From Syntrophales bacterium (GTDB taxonomy: Bacteria; Desulfobacterota; Syntrophia; Syntrophales; UBA2210): DNA of 64,000 nucleotides. The stretch's first letter is position 1. The number at the start of each line of letters is the position of its first letter. Both the position numbers and the translations under genes were made by a program. The DNA lies in assembly GCA_963665835.2 (NCBI GenBank), contig CAXXWJ010000002.1, positions 656,948 through 720,947 on the forward strand, given 5' to 3'. This document shows, one piece after another, positions 1 to 10,023 of this stretch. Below the pieces are notes generated by a model. That model did no database searches. It saw nothing but the letters and a program-made list of their open reading frames with translations, and was not told where the DNA came from.

Positions 1-761
1 AATGACAGAGTCAGAAACACCATACGTAGAGAAGGGGCAAGGCTTTTCCTCATCCTTTTCTCTCAACCACACTGGACGGGTAATCATCTTTATCCCTTCT
101 TCATCGGCAGGTACTACAAATGCTACCGCATAGTCCTTGTCATCCTCCATCAATGCCCTTGTAGGTAACACGAAAAGCACATCGGCATAGGCCGCCTGGG
201 TGATTGACATCTTCATCCCGCGCACTACGATTCCCTTATCGTTCTTTTCCACAACGTGTACATAGGAATCCGGGTTTTCCTGTTGAGCCGGACGTTTCAA
301 GCGGTCACCCTTGGCATCGGTCTGCGAACAGGTACCGTCCATATCCTGAGACTGGTATTCCTTGAGGTAGGCCATAAACCGCTTATGATATTCAGTACCG
401 TTGGCATCATCCATCTCTTTGGTACAGATGGCCAAAGCGTTGATTGCATCGTGTCCCATGCACCTTTGTATACAACCCCCAACCCTCCGCGCGGCCAAAC
501 GGATCAGTTTCTGCTTCTGCAAAAGGTCATAAGGGCTCTGAGGAAGATGATTCCATCGATTAATTTCTTCACCACTAATTGAGGATACAGCCGTAGCAAC
601 CCCCTTCCATTGCGGGTCCTGAGCCAAATCGAAGGTAACATCCAAAACATTCAATCCTGGACGTAAACGATGATCATCTCTACCCAGTTGTTCTCCACCA
701 ACGTAAATATTTTTTTCATAGAGAACAAACTTTTGTGATATTGCTCTTTTGTTCTTAACAT
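1..761 (-). CDS. abfD: 4-hydroxybutyryl-CoA dehydratase / vinylacetyl-CoA isomerase family protein (AbfD-like), N-terminal ~250 codons; gene continues past window start; frame broken at an A7 run
   Basis: Own minus-strand translation. ATG at 761-759 is preceded by GGAGGAG. It reads MLRTKEQYHKSLFSMKK, then after a -1 shift in the homopolymer (plus-strand T7 at 710-716) NIYVGGEQL...GGCIQRCMGHDAINA...VHVVEKNDKGIVVRGMKMSITQAAYADVLFVLPT...DKDYAVAFVVPADEEGIKMITRP. The CxxxC Fe-S ligand motif and colinearity with AbfD as I recall it support the call. Absent from the ORF track because it has no in-window stop. Confidence 0.75.
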
Positions 762-1223
762 GACTATCTCCTCCCAGTTTTATATTGATAGACGTAAATT
801 TAACCGCTTCTATAACGGAAACAATTATTGTCGAAACATCAGAAAGTCAAAGTATTACAGGGGCTATCTCAAGATGCATGCCAAAAAAATATTGAAATAT
901 TGTAAAAAGACATATCGCTTGAATTATTGAAAAAACTGGTCAAAGGATAAAGTAAAATTGCAGCAATACACCATTAATATAATATGTCGGTCGCATATAT
1001 GATTCTACCATAAGGCATATGGGTAGCAAATATGCAATCCTAAGGTGCAATGTTTTTGATTACATCTGACGAATTTTGTATCATCTAAGCTTCTCGCTCA
1101 GAATTTTGAAAGGACCCTTTCTGAAAAACTCCCGTGGGCCTGTTTAGTCTGTAGAAGATCCTCCCCCAATAGCCCCAAAACTCATCAGTGTCGATTTTAT
1201 AACGCCCCAATTCTAATTCCCCA

Positions 1224-2231
1224 TCACCCTCCGCCTGCCCTGCCGGCCATCAGTTCCGCCAGGGCCTGTGTTGACTCCATACGGCTGAGAACTATCTTGA
1301 GCACGGCGGTTATGGGAACAGCAAGGAACATTCCAGGTATCCCCCATACCAGACCCCAGAACATCAGAAAGAGGAGAACAGTGATTGGATGCAGGTCCAT
1401 GCGCTCTCCCATCAGTTTCGGTTCGATAATGCTTCCTATCGTGAACTGTATTAGCAAAGATATTATCAGCACAACCCACAGCTGCCAGCCGAAACCAAAC
1501 TGCAGAAGGATGACCGGCACCGGTATAATGGTTGCGGCTATGGAACCTATGGTTGGAATGAAGTTGAACAGTACTGTAATAACACCAAAGAGAAAGGCCA
1601 GATCGACACCAAAAGAGACCAGTAGAACAAAGACAAGTATTCCCGTGACAATGGATGTAAGAAACTTGGTGGCCACATAACGGGAGATGTTATGCTTCAT
1701 CTGATTGATAAGGCTGTAGTCGTCGCTCTTCGATGCTGTTTCGCCAAGCAAAAAGAAAAAAACAAACACTATGATCAAAAGCATATTGCCCAGGAAAGAA
1801 CCTGCCGCTTTGGTAATGTTTCCCGCTACGGAAAAGAAAGGCAGCTTCCTGATGTAACTTTCCATGGAGAAGTCCTGCACCTGATAGCCGAACCCCTCCG
1901 CTGTGGTCCTACCCCATACTATGAACTCGACAATCCTCTCTTTGTATTGATCGGCATCTTTGAAAAATCCGTCAAGAGAGTTGGCAAGAAAAAAACCTAT
2001 AAGCGTTACAATGATTATGAATACTGCCGTAACCACAATGACAACGACTGCCCGCGGACACTTCAGTTTTATCATAAGTCCCTCTATTATGGGGGAAAGT
2101 ATTGCATAGATGAAAAATGCTATTACGAAGGGAATCAGGATGGACCGGGTATATATCAAGGCCACCGTTACGGCGGCGGCCGCCAGGATAAGAAGGCAGA
2201 TATTGTTTATCTTTTCGTATGCCTCTTTCAT
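1224..2231 (-). CDS. AI-2E family transporter (PerM/UPF0118-type permease)
   Basis: 335-aa ORF with multiple TM helices and the typical AI-2E layout: N-terminal TM pair, central loop, C-terminal TM bundle with FIPTIGS...EPKLMG motif. Confidence 0.8.
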   Translation of the reverse strand: MKEAYEKINNICLLILAAAAVTVALIYTRSILIPFVIAFFIYAILSPIIEGLMIKLKCPRAVVVIVVTAVFIIIVTLIGFFLANSLDGFFKDADQYKERIVEFIVWGRTTAEGFGYQVQDFSMESYIRKLPFFSVAGNITKAAGSFLGNMLLIIVFVFFFLLGETASKSDDYSLINQMKHNISRYVATKFLTSIVTGILVFVLLVSFGVDLAFLFGVITVLFNFIPTIGSIAATIIPVPVILLQFGFGWQLWVVLIISLLIQFTIGSIIEPKLMGERMDLHPITVLLFLMFWGLVWGIPGMFLAVPITAVLKIVLSRMESTQALAELMAGRAGGG

Positions 2232-2363
2232 TCAAACCCCCGCAGGTCTTGATCTCGCACAGAACAGAAAATATCCGGGAATTAAAATTTCACAAACATT
2301 TCAGACAATCAACTAACCCTACTGCGTTTATATGTCAACAGATATCAGGCACTTTCCCGATTT

Positions 2364-3485
2364 TTAATCAAGCCGTTTTTTGAAGCGGCTGATCGCACCG
2401 GCAAAGACGACAAGACCAAGAATGGCCAGTGCCAGATACTCGGGCCAGAGGACTTCCATACCTACCCCCTTCAGGAATATTCCCCTTATAATAGTGAGGA
2501 AATACCGCAGTGGGTTCAGGTAGGTCAGCCATTGCACAAAGACCGGCATATTGGCTATGGGAAAGATGAAACCGCTCAGCATAAAGAAGGGCAGCATGAA
2601 AAAAAATGTGGTCATCATGGCCTGCTGCTGCGTGGAAGATACGGTGGAGATAAGCAGACCAACGCCCAGCGTGCTCAGCAGGAAAACCAGTGTGGCAAGG
2701 AGCAGAAGAAGGACGCTCCCGGAAAGGGGGATCTTGAACCAGAATACAGCGATCATGGTAACTACTACCATCTGACATACCGATATTATGATGTAGGGTA
2801 TTGTCTTACCTATGATCATTTCTATGGGCCTCAGAGGGGTAACGATTAGCTGCTCCATTGTTCCAGCCTCCTTTTCCTTGATAACGGCAATCGAGGTGAG
2901 GAGAAGGGCGATCAGCATCACAACAAATGCCACAATCCCCGGCACAAAGAAGAACTGGCTGTCGAGGTTTGGATTGTACCAGGTCCTTATCCTGGCATCG
3001 ATCTTGCCGTAATCCATATGCATGGGATAGAGTTCCTTCATAAGCCTTCTATTAAGCTGATTGAGGACTATCATGGAATAGGCGATACGGATGGAGGCCA
3101 TGTTACTCATACTGCCATCGGCCAGTATCTGTATCTTGGCAGATTCACCTTTTTTGATCTGACTGCTGACATCGGGACCGATTTCTATGCCCAGGTCTAT
3201 GTCACGGCGCATCAGATGCTGTTCTATATCCCTTTCATCCTGGGCTACATGGGTGACCCGAAATATCTTGTTGGCCCTGAAGGACTCTACTATCATGCGG
3301 CTTTCCCGCGTCCGGGCCTTGTCCAGAATGGCGATACGGATATCCTTTATATCGTAATTCACGACATAGCCGAATATCATCAACATGATAATAGGTGCGA
3401 TGAAGAGAACGCGACGGTTTTGCGAGTCCCTGAGGAGGAGTATGAATTCCTTGCGCACAAGTTCCCGTATGCGAAGCCAGTTCAC
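2364..3485 (-). CDS. ABC-2 type transporter permease (YbhR/YbhS-like)
   Basis: 373 aa with an N-terminal TM helix, a large extracytoplasmic loop and a C-terminal 5-TM ABC-2 domain. Adjacent to a paralogous permease and two ATPases. Confidence 0.85.
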   Translation of the reverse strand: MNWLRIRELVRKEFILLLRDSQNRRVLFIAPIIMLMIFGYVVNYDIKDIRIAILDKARTRESRMIVESFRANKIFRVTHVAQDERDIEQHLMRRDIDLGIEIGPDVSSQIKKGESAKIQILADGSMSNMASIRIAYSMIVLNQLNRRLMKELYPMHMDYGKIDARIRTWYNPNLDSQFFFVPGIVAFVVMLIALLLTSIAVIKEKEAGTMEQLIVTPLRPIEMIIGKTIPYIIISVCQMVVVTMIAVFWFKIPLSGSVLLLLLATLVFLLSTLGVGLLISTVSSTQQQAMMTTFFFMLPFFMLSGFIFPIANMPVFVQWLTYLNPLRYFLTIIRGIFLKGVGMEVLWPEYLALAILGLVVFAGAISRFKKRLD

Positions 3486-3486
3486 T

Positions 3487-4620
3487 CTACAGACCCTCCT
3501 TTCTTAGCAGCAGGCAGTTGAGCACAGCCAGGACCAAAAACATGACCATCAAGACGGCAAAACTGGGCCACAGGTGCAACAGCCCCAGGTTACGCAGGTA
3601 TAGACCGTTGAGGATCTCGATATAATATGTGGCCGGAACTATATAAGTAAGTACCTGGAGAGGCTTCGGCATATTGATTATGGGAAAGACAAAATTTGAA
3701 AGCAGCAGTGACGGAAGATAAGTCAGAAGGATTGCACCCTGATTAGCCATCAACTGGGATTTTGTAACGGAGGAAATCAAAAGCCCCAGGGCAAGCGCCA
3801 CTGAAAGATAAAGGGAAGAGGCCATTATCATAAGCCAGAAGCTGCCCTTCATGACTATCCCGAACAGGAGCTGCCCCATCAGAATGGAGATAAGGACATC
3901 GACGATGCCGACAAAAAAATAGGGGACGGCCTTGCCTACCAGAAACTCTCCGGCACTGATAGGAAGGGACTTGATCGTCTCCATTGTCCCGTTCTCATAC
4001 TCCCGTGCTATCACCAGCGAGGTCAGCATGGCCCCCACGATCATGATAATGACCGCAATTATTCCGGGAACGATGAAATTCCGGCTTTCAAGATCCTCGT
4101 TGAACCACACCCGTACCCTTCCTTCGATTGGCGCCTTTATCTTCTCCATACCCTTGCGGTTCAGAAACCCTTCGAGCATTTTCTGATTGTACTGTTCGAC
4201 AAAGGCATTCACATATCCTCTGGTGATACTGGCAAAATTTGGGTCGCTTCCGTCGAGGATAATCTGCAGCGGAGCATCTCTGTCGGATCTGATTTTTTCA
4301 GTCCAGTCGGGGGGTATGACCAGGGCTATGGATGCCAAGCCGCGATCCAGATACTCAGTTATCTCTTTTGTATCATCAAGATGCCCCCGGATATGAAAAT
4401 ATGGCGAAGCATCAATCTTCAATATTAATGCCCGGGAAAGATCTGTTCTGTCGTAATCGACTACCACAGTTCTTATGTTGTCAACGTCGAGACTCAGAGC
4501 ATACCCGAAAAGCAGGATCAGAAGCAGGGGTATGGCGAAGGCCAGATAAAGACTGCGAAAGTCTCTGGTCAGGTGGTAAAACTCCTTGCGGGTTATGGCC
4601 CATATGTTTCTGATCTTCAA
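3487..4620 (-). CDS. ABC-2 type transporter permease (YbhS/YbhR-like)
   Basis: 377 aa with the same architecture as the downstream paralogue. One-nt gap to the next gene and 4-nt overlap with the upstream ATPase. Confidence 0.85.
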   Translation of the reverse strand: MKIRNIWAITRKEFYHLTRDFRSLYLAFAIPLLLILLFGYALSLDVDNIRTVVVDYDRTDLSRALILKIDASPYFHIRGHLDDTKEITEYLDRGLASIALVIPPDWTEKIRSDRDAPLQIILDGSDPNFASITRGYVNAFVEQYNQKMLEGFLNRKGMEKIKAPIEGRVRVWFNEDLESRNFIVPGIIAVIIMIVGAMLTSLVIAREYENGTMETIKSLPISAGEFLVGKAVPYFFVGIVDVLISILMGQLLFGIVMKGSFWLMIMASSLYLSVALALGLLISSVTKSQLMANQGAILLTYLPSLLLSNFVFPIINMPKPLQVLTYIVPATYYIEILNGLYLRNLGLLHLWPSFAVLMVMFLVLAVLNCLLLRKEGL

Positions 4621-5396
4621 CGGTTGCCACCCCCACGGTCCATAAGATTTATAAAGGCGTCATTAAGATTCGCGTTCGGTCGACCGGGGCATGCAGCGGT
4701 GATGATCTCTGTAGGACTGCCGGAGGCAACAATCCTGCCTTCGTTTATCATAACAATACGCTGGCAGTTGCGCGCCTCGTCCATGTAGTGGGTGGTCACA
4801 AAGACAGTAATGCCTTCACCTGAAAGCTGGGCGATAAAATCCCAGAAGTGCTGACGGGTGATGGGATCGACACCGGAGGTAGGTTCATCAAGAAAAAGTA
4901 TGTCCGGCCGATGCAGCAGGGCGCATCCCAGAGCGAGCCGCTGTCGCCACCCTGAAGGAAGGTCCTTTGTAAGGCGATCCTGTACTTCCTGAAGCCTCGT
5001 CATATCCAGAATCCATTCAATCCTGTCCTTCCACTGATTCTGGGGAACATTGTATATACCCAGATAAAATCGGATATTTTCGAAAGGGGTAAGGTTTTCA
5101 TAGAGGGAGAACTTCTGTGACATATATCCAATGGATTTTTTTATCTCCTCGGAATCTTTAAATATGTCATGCCCAGCAACCTGCCCCGAACCGGATGAAG
5201 GCTTCAGGATTCCGCAGAGCATACGAATCGTAGTTGATTTGCCAGAACCGTTGGGCCCCAGGAAGCCAAATATTTCGCCCTTTCTGACTGAAAAGGATAT
5301 CCTGTCCACTGCGGTAAAGGTGCCGAAATGCCTTTCCAGATCCTTTACAGCAATGGCATCACCGTTTGAAGGAATCATGGGCAAGCTCCTGATCAA
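4617..5396 (-). CDS. ABC transporter ATP-binding protein
   Basis: Walker A GPNGSGKST, signature LPSGWRQRL, Walker B ILFLDEPTSGVD. Start may be the internal MIPSNG. Confidence 0.9.
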   Translation of the reverse strand: MIRSLPMIPSNGDAIAVKDLERHFGTFTAVDRISFSVRKGEIFGFLGPNGSGKSTTIRMLCGILKPSSGSGQVAGHDIFKDSEEIKKSIGYMSQKFSLYENLTPFENIRFYLGIYNVPQNQWKDRIEWILDMTRLQEVQDRLTKDLPSGWRQRLALGCALLHRPDILFLDEPTSGVDPITRQHFWDFIAQLSGEGITVFVTTHYMDEARNCQRIVMINEGRIVASGSPTEIITAACPGRPNANLNDAFINLMDRGGGNR

Positions 5397-6123
5397 CCTC
5401 GCGTATTCTGGAAATCATTGCGGATTCAAGAGTGGGATGAGAGCCTCGTATCTCCTCGGGAGTCGCCACATCCAACAGTTGCGCCCGGTGCATCAGCCCC
5501 AGGGAGTCACATTTCTCCCCCTCGTCCAGATATGCTGTGGAAACTACAATGGTCATACCGTCCTGTCTCATCTGCATCAGTATATCCCAGAATTCCTGAC
5601 GAGAAACGGGGTCTACCCCGTTAGTCGGCTCGTCCAGTATAAGTATCCTGGGCTCGTGAACAAGGACGCAGGCCAGTCCAAGCTTTTGCTTCATGCCGCC
5701 AGACAGATCACCGGCCTGCCTGTCAACAAAGGGGATAAGATTGGAAAATCCCAGATACCGCTCGCGTCTCCTCCTTCTCTCCGGGCCTGAGATATTGAAT
5801 ACATTCATGAAAAAATCCATATTCTCCGCTACCGTAAGATCCTGATATAGGCCAAACCGCTGAGGCATATAGCCCATGATGAATTTTATCTGCTTCCTCT
5901 CGGTAAAAACGTCTACCCCTTCGATAAGGATACTCCCCGAAGAGGGCCTGATCATTGTAGACATCATGCGGAGAAGGGTCGATTTTCCGGCCCCGTCGGA
6001 ACCCACAAGGCCGAAAATTGTCCCCTTCCTTACATCAAAGGACACTTCGCGAACTGCCTCGATCTGACCGAACGTCATCGATACCCGGTCAACCTTAAGG
6101 AATGAATCATCGTAACCATGCAT
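5359..6123 (-). CDS. ABC transporter ATP-binding protein
   Basis: Walker A GSDGAGKST, signature LSGGMKQKL, Walker B ILILDEPTNGVD. Overlaps the next ATPase ORF by up to 38 nt. Confidence 0.9.
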   Translation of the reverse strand: MHGYDDSFLKVDRVSMTFGQIEAVREVSFDVRKGTIFGLVGSDGAGKSTLLRMMSTMIRPSSGSILIEGVDVFTERKQIKFIMGYMPQRFGLYQDLTVAENMDFFMNVFNISGPERRRRRERYLGFSNLIPFVDRQAGDLSGGMKQKLGLACVLVHEPRILILDEPTNGVDPVSRQEFWDILMQMRQDGMTIVVSTAYLDEGEKCDSLGLMHRAQLLDVATPEEIRGSHPTLESAMISRIREVDQELAHDSFKR

Positions 6124-7120
6124 CGGCAGGCATCCCCGATTTCAGCTCCAGATCCGGATTGGATAAGGATATCTTGACCAGATAGACGAGCTTTACACGC
6201 TCTTTCTGGGTTTGAATGATCTTGGGGGTAAACTCACTCTCGGGGGAGACAAAGGCTATACGTCCCTTGTAGGTTTTTTCAGGGAAGGTGTCCACCTTGA
6301 CATCGACCTCCTGCCCTGGCTTTACCCTGCCGATCTGGGTTTCACCGACGAATATCTTGAGATCCACCCTCGACAGATCGGAAAGGGTCAGGACCTCGCG
6401 TCCGACCGTCACCACTTCGCCTGGCTCTATGTTTCGACTGGTGATAGTTCCCGAAAAAGGGGCCTTGAGCTGAGTGTACCCCATCTGAATGCCCGCCTGA
6501 CCGAGGACAGAGCGGGAAACCTCTACCTGGGCCTTAGCCGCCTCCACATCCTGCCCGCCGGCTTCGATCTTTTTAAGATTGCTTCGGGCCTGCCTGAGAA
6601 CAGCCTCCGCTTCCGTAAGTCGTGAAGCAGCGGTTTCATAGGCAAGTTTCACCACATCGCGCTCTTTCTCAGAGGAGACACCGCGTTTGAATAGGCGCTC
6701 ATACCTGTCATAATTCTTTTTTGCATCGTCAGTTACATATCGTAAGCTTGCAACGGCAGCCTCGGCCCTGGCGACCTCGGCGGGCAATGTTTTCTGGTAG
6801 ATCTCAAGCATCGTCGAAAGCTGTTCCTGGCCTCTGAGCGATCTGTCCAGCGTAGCCTTTGCCTGGCCGTAGCGAGCCTGAAATTCCGATCTGTCCAGTT
6901 CGGCCAGCACCTGATCCCTTTCGACCTTCTGCCCTTCGTCTACCGATACATCGAGAACACGTCCCGAGGTCTGAAAGGCGAGATTGGACTGGACGGCCTC
7001 AATCGTCCCGGAGAAGTACATGTCCCGGTCCTGCGCCTTTCGCTGTCCATAATAAACAAAACTGCCAACCCCTGTAAGCAGGACGAAAAAAACAACAATG
7101 ATGATTCTTCTCTTTTTCAA
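6107..7120 (-). CDS. HlyD-family membrane fusion protein (YbhG-like)
   Basis: 337 aa with an N-terminal TM anchor, a coiled-coil hairpin region and a C-terminal beta-barrel with FVSPESEFTPK motif, typical of the HlyD_D23/YbhG type. Confidence 0.85.
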   Translation of the reverse strand: MKKRRIIIVVFFVLLTGVGSFVYYGQRKAQDRDMYFSGTIEAVQSNLAFQTSGRVLDVSVDEGQKVERDQVLAELDRSEFQARYGQAKATLDRSLRGQEQLSTMLEIYQKTLPAEVARAEAAVASLRYVTDDAKKNYDRYERLFKRGVSSEKERDVVKLAYETAASRLTEAEAVLRQARSNLKKIEAGGQDVEAAKAQVEVSRSVLGQAGIQMGYTQLKAPFSGTITSRNIEPGEVVTVGREVLTLSDLSRVDLKIFVGETQIGRVKPGQEVDVKVDTFPEKTYKGRIAFVSPESEFTPKIIQTQKERVKLVYLVKISLSNPDLELKSGMPADAWLR

Positions 7121-7151
7121 AACAACCCCTCCACCCTTCAGATGGTCAATT

Positions 7152-8510
7152 TTACAGATTACCGGGCTCCCACCCTACTCCCATAGCCCTTTCAAGATTT
7201 GCCAGACCTATATGATAATCGCCTACAGCATTTGTGTAATCGCTTTTCGCCCTGGTGAGCAGGTTCTGAGCATCCAGGACATCCGTTGATCTCGCCACCT
7301 GTTCCATATACCTTTCATTGGTTATGCGAAAGTTCTCCTCCGCCTGCTCGATAGCCCTTTGAGACACCGCGATCTGCCTCTGCGACTCATTGAGAAGCAG
7401 ATAGGCATGCTTGACCTCAAGGGCGATCATGTCTTTCACATTTTCAAAGGCGTCAGCCACCTGATTTTCAAGTCCCTTTGTCTGATCCACCCGGCTCTTC
7501 GTCTTGCCCCATTCCCAGAAAGTCCAGTTTGCAACGGCCATGACCTGCCAGTTTTCCTTGTCCCTGAACTCGCTTCCTGCCACAGCCGGAGTATCGCCGA
7601 AACGGAAATAGTTGCCTACAAGGCTTACGTTGGGGAAAAATCCGCTCTCTGCCAGTTTGACAAACTCTCTGGCCTGTTCAACCTTCACAGAACAGGCCCT
7701 GATCTCGGGACGCTTCTCAAGAGCCGCCTTTTGACAATCCTCGGGAGACTTTCCGAAAGTCTCATAGTCGAAGACATCGTCCACCCTCACCGGCGCATCT
7801 ATCTCCCTTCTCAAAACAGTATTCAGTTTGGCACGTGCCATTTCAAGGCCGTTCTCGGATCGAATAAGAAATTGACGACCATTGGCAAGCTGTACCTCTG
7901 CCTGTAGAAGATCGTTCCGCGGGATTATACCCACATCGAAAAAACCCTGAGCGGCCTCACGGTGAGCTTCGAGCTGCTTAACAGACTGCCGGGCCACCTG
8001 CAGAAGCTTTTCTGCCTTTATCAAGTTGAAATAGGCTATCTTCACTTCCCTTACAATATCCAGTACCGTTCCCATCTCTTCCATCTGTGCAGCACTTACA
8101 CCTAACTTGCTGGCCTCGTAATTCGCAAGAATTCCCCCGCCGGCAAAGATCGTCTGCCGGGCCTCGATCGACCAGGCATAATTATTCTCCGTACCTGTAG
8201 TAACGACGGTCTTTGAGGCTGGGGTTGGAAAACCGGAGATGGTAGAAGACGGCGCCTCATTATACCTGACATAGTTGTAGGAGGTGCTCAACCTGGGCAG
8301 AAATCCGGAGATGGCCTCACTCTTTGAAGCCTCGGCAACGGCAACACCTTCCCTTGCCGAATGAATTATTACACTTTGTTTCAAAGCTATGTCTATACTA
8401 TCCTGCAGTGTGAGAACAGATTCGGCCTGCTCCGCCGATACCGGCGACGGCATCGAAAAAAAACTCAGCAGGAAGATAAAAATCGTGAGTAATGGGATCT
8501 TGACTTTCAT
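7152..8510 (-). CDS. tolC: TolC-family outer membrane efflux protein
   Basis: 452 aa with a signal peptide (…SPVSAEQ) and two internally repeated alpha/beta OEP halves. Position is at the head of the efflux operon. Confidence 0.85.
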   Translation of the reverse strand: MKVKIPLLTIFIFLLSFFSMPSPVSAEQAESVLTLQDSIDIALKQSVIIHSAREGVAVAEASKSEAISGFLPRLSTSYNYVRYNEAPSSTISGFPTPASKTVVTTGTENNYAWSIEARQTIFAGGGILANYEASKLGVSAAQMEEMGTVLDIVREVKIAYFNLIKAEKLLQVARQSVKQLEAHREAAQGFFDVGIIPRNDLLQAEVQLANGRQFLIRSENGLEMARAKLNTVLRREIDAPVRVDDVFDYETFGKSPEDCQKAALEKRPEIRACSVKVEQAREFVKLAESGFFPNVSLVGNYFRFGDTPAVAGSEFRDKENWQVMAVANWTFWEWGKTKSRVDQTKGLENQVADAFENVKDMIALEVKHAYLLLNESQRQIAVSQRAIEQAEENFRITNERYMEQVARSTDVLDAQNLLTRAKSDYTNAVGDYHIGLANLERAMGVGWEPGNL

Positions 8511-8536
8511 AGTTTTACCATTTCACCTTAATTGCT

Positions 8537-9196
8537 CTATTTTTTAAGGGCCCTCAAAACAATATCCTCGATCTCCAGGGCAAAATCCTCGGCCCTTATC
8601 TCGTTAATGCTGCTGATTTCCTCGGCAGATCTGCCCGCCCGCTCCCTGATCGGCGTGCTGGCCTGAAAAAACATAACAGAACCGATTACCATCATGTGGA
8701 GTATGAAGGGGGTTGTGGGCACGAAAAGGCCATTGCTGACACCTTCGTCAATAATGGATGTAACAGTCCCTATAATACTTACAAAGTCTTCAAGGATGAC
8801 GTAGGGAAGGTTTTGGCCGCCAGAGGCGAGCTCCCTCATCATGATCTGGGGCATCTGGGGATTGTTTCCAATTTCACGGACAACAGTGCGGACATATATC
8901 CTAATCTTTTCTTCAGGAGAATAGGCCTGCTGCACACCTGCTTTGATGGCATTGGCAATGCCTTTTATCGTCCTCTGGATAACCCTTGCATATAGAGTTT
9001 CCTTGTTCCCTATGTGATAGTAAATGGTGGCCTTGTTTACACCGGCCCTCCTGGCAATCTCGTCGACTCTTGTGCTGCCGAAGCCCAAGTCGGAAAATAC
9101 AGCCATTGCAGCATCAAGAATGCGGTCTATCGTTTCCCCGCTTTTTTCAGTGGACTGTTTTATCTCCATTATATAGCCACAAGACCTGAACAACAT
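8537..9196 (-). CDS. TetR/AcrR family transcriptional regulator (CecR/YbiH-like position)
   Basis: N-terminal HTH TRVDEIARRAGVNKATIYYHIGNKETLY. First gene of the efflux cluster. Alternative start MEIKQ at 9169. Confidence 0.85.
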   Translation of the reverse strand: MLFRSCGYIMEIKQSTEKSGETIDRILDAAMAVFSDLGFGSTRVDEIARRAGVNKATIYYHIGNKETLYARVIQRTIKGIANAIKAGVQQAYSPEEKIRIYVRTVVREIGNNPQMPQIMMRELASGGQNLPYVILEDFVSIIGTVTSIIDEGVSNGLFVPTTPFILHMMVIGSVMFFQASTPIRERAGRSAEEISSINEIRAEDFALEIEDIVLRALKK

Positions 9197-9201
9197 TTTT
9201 A

Positions 9202-9217
9202 AACTAACCGTTTAGTT
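9202..9217. promoter_or_regulatory. Perfect 6-4-6 palindrome AACTAAccgtTTAGTT, candidate TetR operator
   Basis: Read directly. Lies 6 nt (or 33 nt for the alternative start) upstream of the TetR gene start. Confidence 0.3.
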
Positions 9218-9380
9218 AAACCCCCCGGTTGAATATATCACCCCGCCCCCGCTGTCAAGGGGAGAAATTCCATATTTATAAATCCCGATGCAGATTCATA
9301 ACTCAAATCAAAATCCAACCGGCAGCGGCAGCTTGCACAGATAAAAAAAATAAAGTTTTTTGACGATCCTCTAAAACCCC

Positions 9381-9409
9381 TTGACTATCCTCATCTCAGA
9401 AGTTATTTT
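9381..9409 (+). promoter_or_regulatory. Candidate sigma-70 promoter TTGACT-17 nt-TATTTT
   Basis: Hexamers and 17-nt spacer read directly, ~118 nt upstream of the 9527 start. Confidence 0.3.
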
Positions 9410-9526
9410 TCCAGGTGTGATTTCAGGAAAGAATCATTTTTAGTGAATTCTGCAATGAATAAAGGAATCGGAAAGGTTTCCGCTTCAGATTTATTTTTAT
9501 AAACCTGCTTATAAGGAGTTTAAACT

Positions 9527-9937
9527 ATGGCAAAGATGACAGATCGTATGAAGAAATTGTTTGGAAAAGTTCCTTCAGTGGTGCTTGCAACCTCAACCCA
9601 GGACGGCACGCCAAACGCGATACCGGTTGGAGCGAAAAAGATCCTCGATGATGAAACAATCCTCTTGTCAGATCAGTTCTTGAACAAAACCCTGGCAAAC
9701 ATGAATTCCAATCCAAAAGTATCGGTTACCTTCTGGGAAGGTAACGAGGGATACCAGCTCAAAGGTACGGCTGTTGTTGAGACCAGCGGAGCACGCTTCG
9801 AAGAGACATACAAATGGGTTGAAGAGCTTGGAAACGCAATAGGTTTTCCCTTGAAATCCAAGGGTGCCGTAATCCTGAAAATTGATGAGATCTTCCAGGT
9901 TACGCCGGGGCCGGGCGCCGGGAAATTGCTTTCCTGA
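9527..9937 (+). CDS. Pyridoxamine 5'-phosphate oxidase-like FMN-binding split-barrel protein
   Basis: 136 aa with pattern VVLATSTQDGTPNAIPV...VSVTFWE...GYQLKG typical of the PNPOx-like/flavin reductase fold. AAGGAG RBS before the ATG. Confidence 0.7.
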   Translation: MAKMTDRMKKLFGKVPSVVLATSTQDGTPNAIPVGAKKILDDETILLSDQFLNKTLANMNSNPKVSVTFWEGNEGYQLKGTAVVETSGARFEETYKWVEELGNAIGFPLKSKGAVILKIDEIFQVTPGPGAGKLLS

Positions 9938-9964
9938 GAATAGATCAAATACTTTTTGGTTTCA

Positions 9965-10016
9965 GGGTCTTGGCTGACTTATCTTAAGAGATCTGCTCCG
10001 GTCAAGACCCTTTTTT
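9965..10016 (+). terminator. Possible hairpin terminator between convergent genes
   Basis: GGGTCTTG (9965-9972) pairs with CAAGACCC (10003-10010), followed by T6. The loop is long (~30 nt), so this is weak. Confidence 0.3.
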
Positions 10017-10023
10017 ATTGTAG

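Noticed and set aside
256-582. Track ORFs 256-582 (+) and 297-482 (-).
   Set aside because: They lie inside or in alternative frames of the well-supported AbfD-like coding frame.
5131-5790. 219-aa plus-strand ORF across the two ABC ATPase genes, and similar antisense ORFs through the efflux operon (1297-1680, 1692-2252, 3018-3521, 6212-6625, 7359-7907).
   Set aside because: They are antisense to genes with unambiguous Walker/ABC, permease, HlyD and TolC features.
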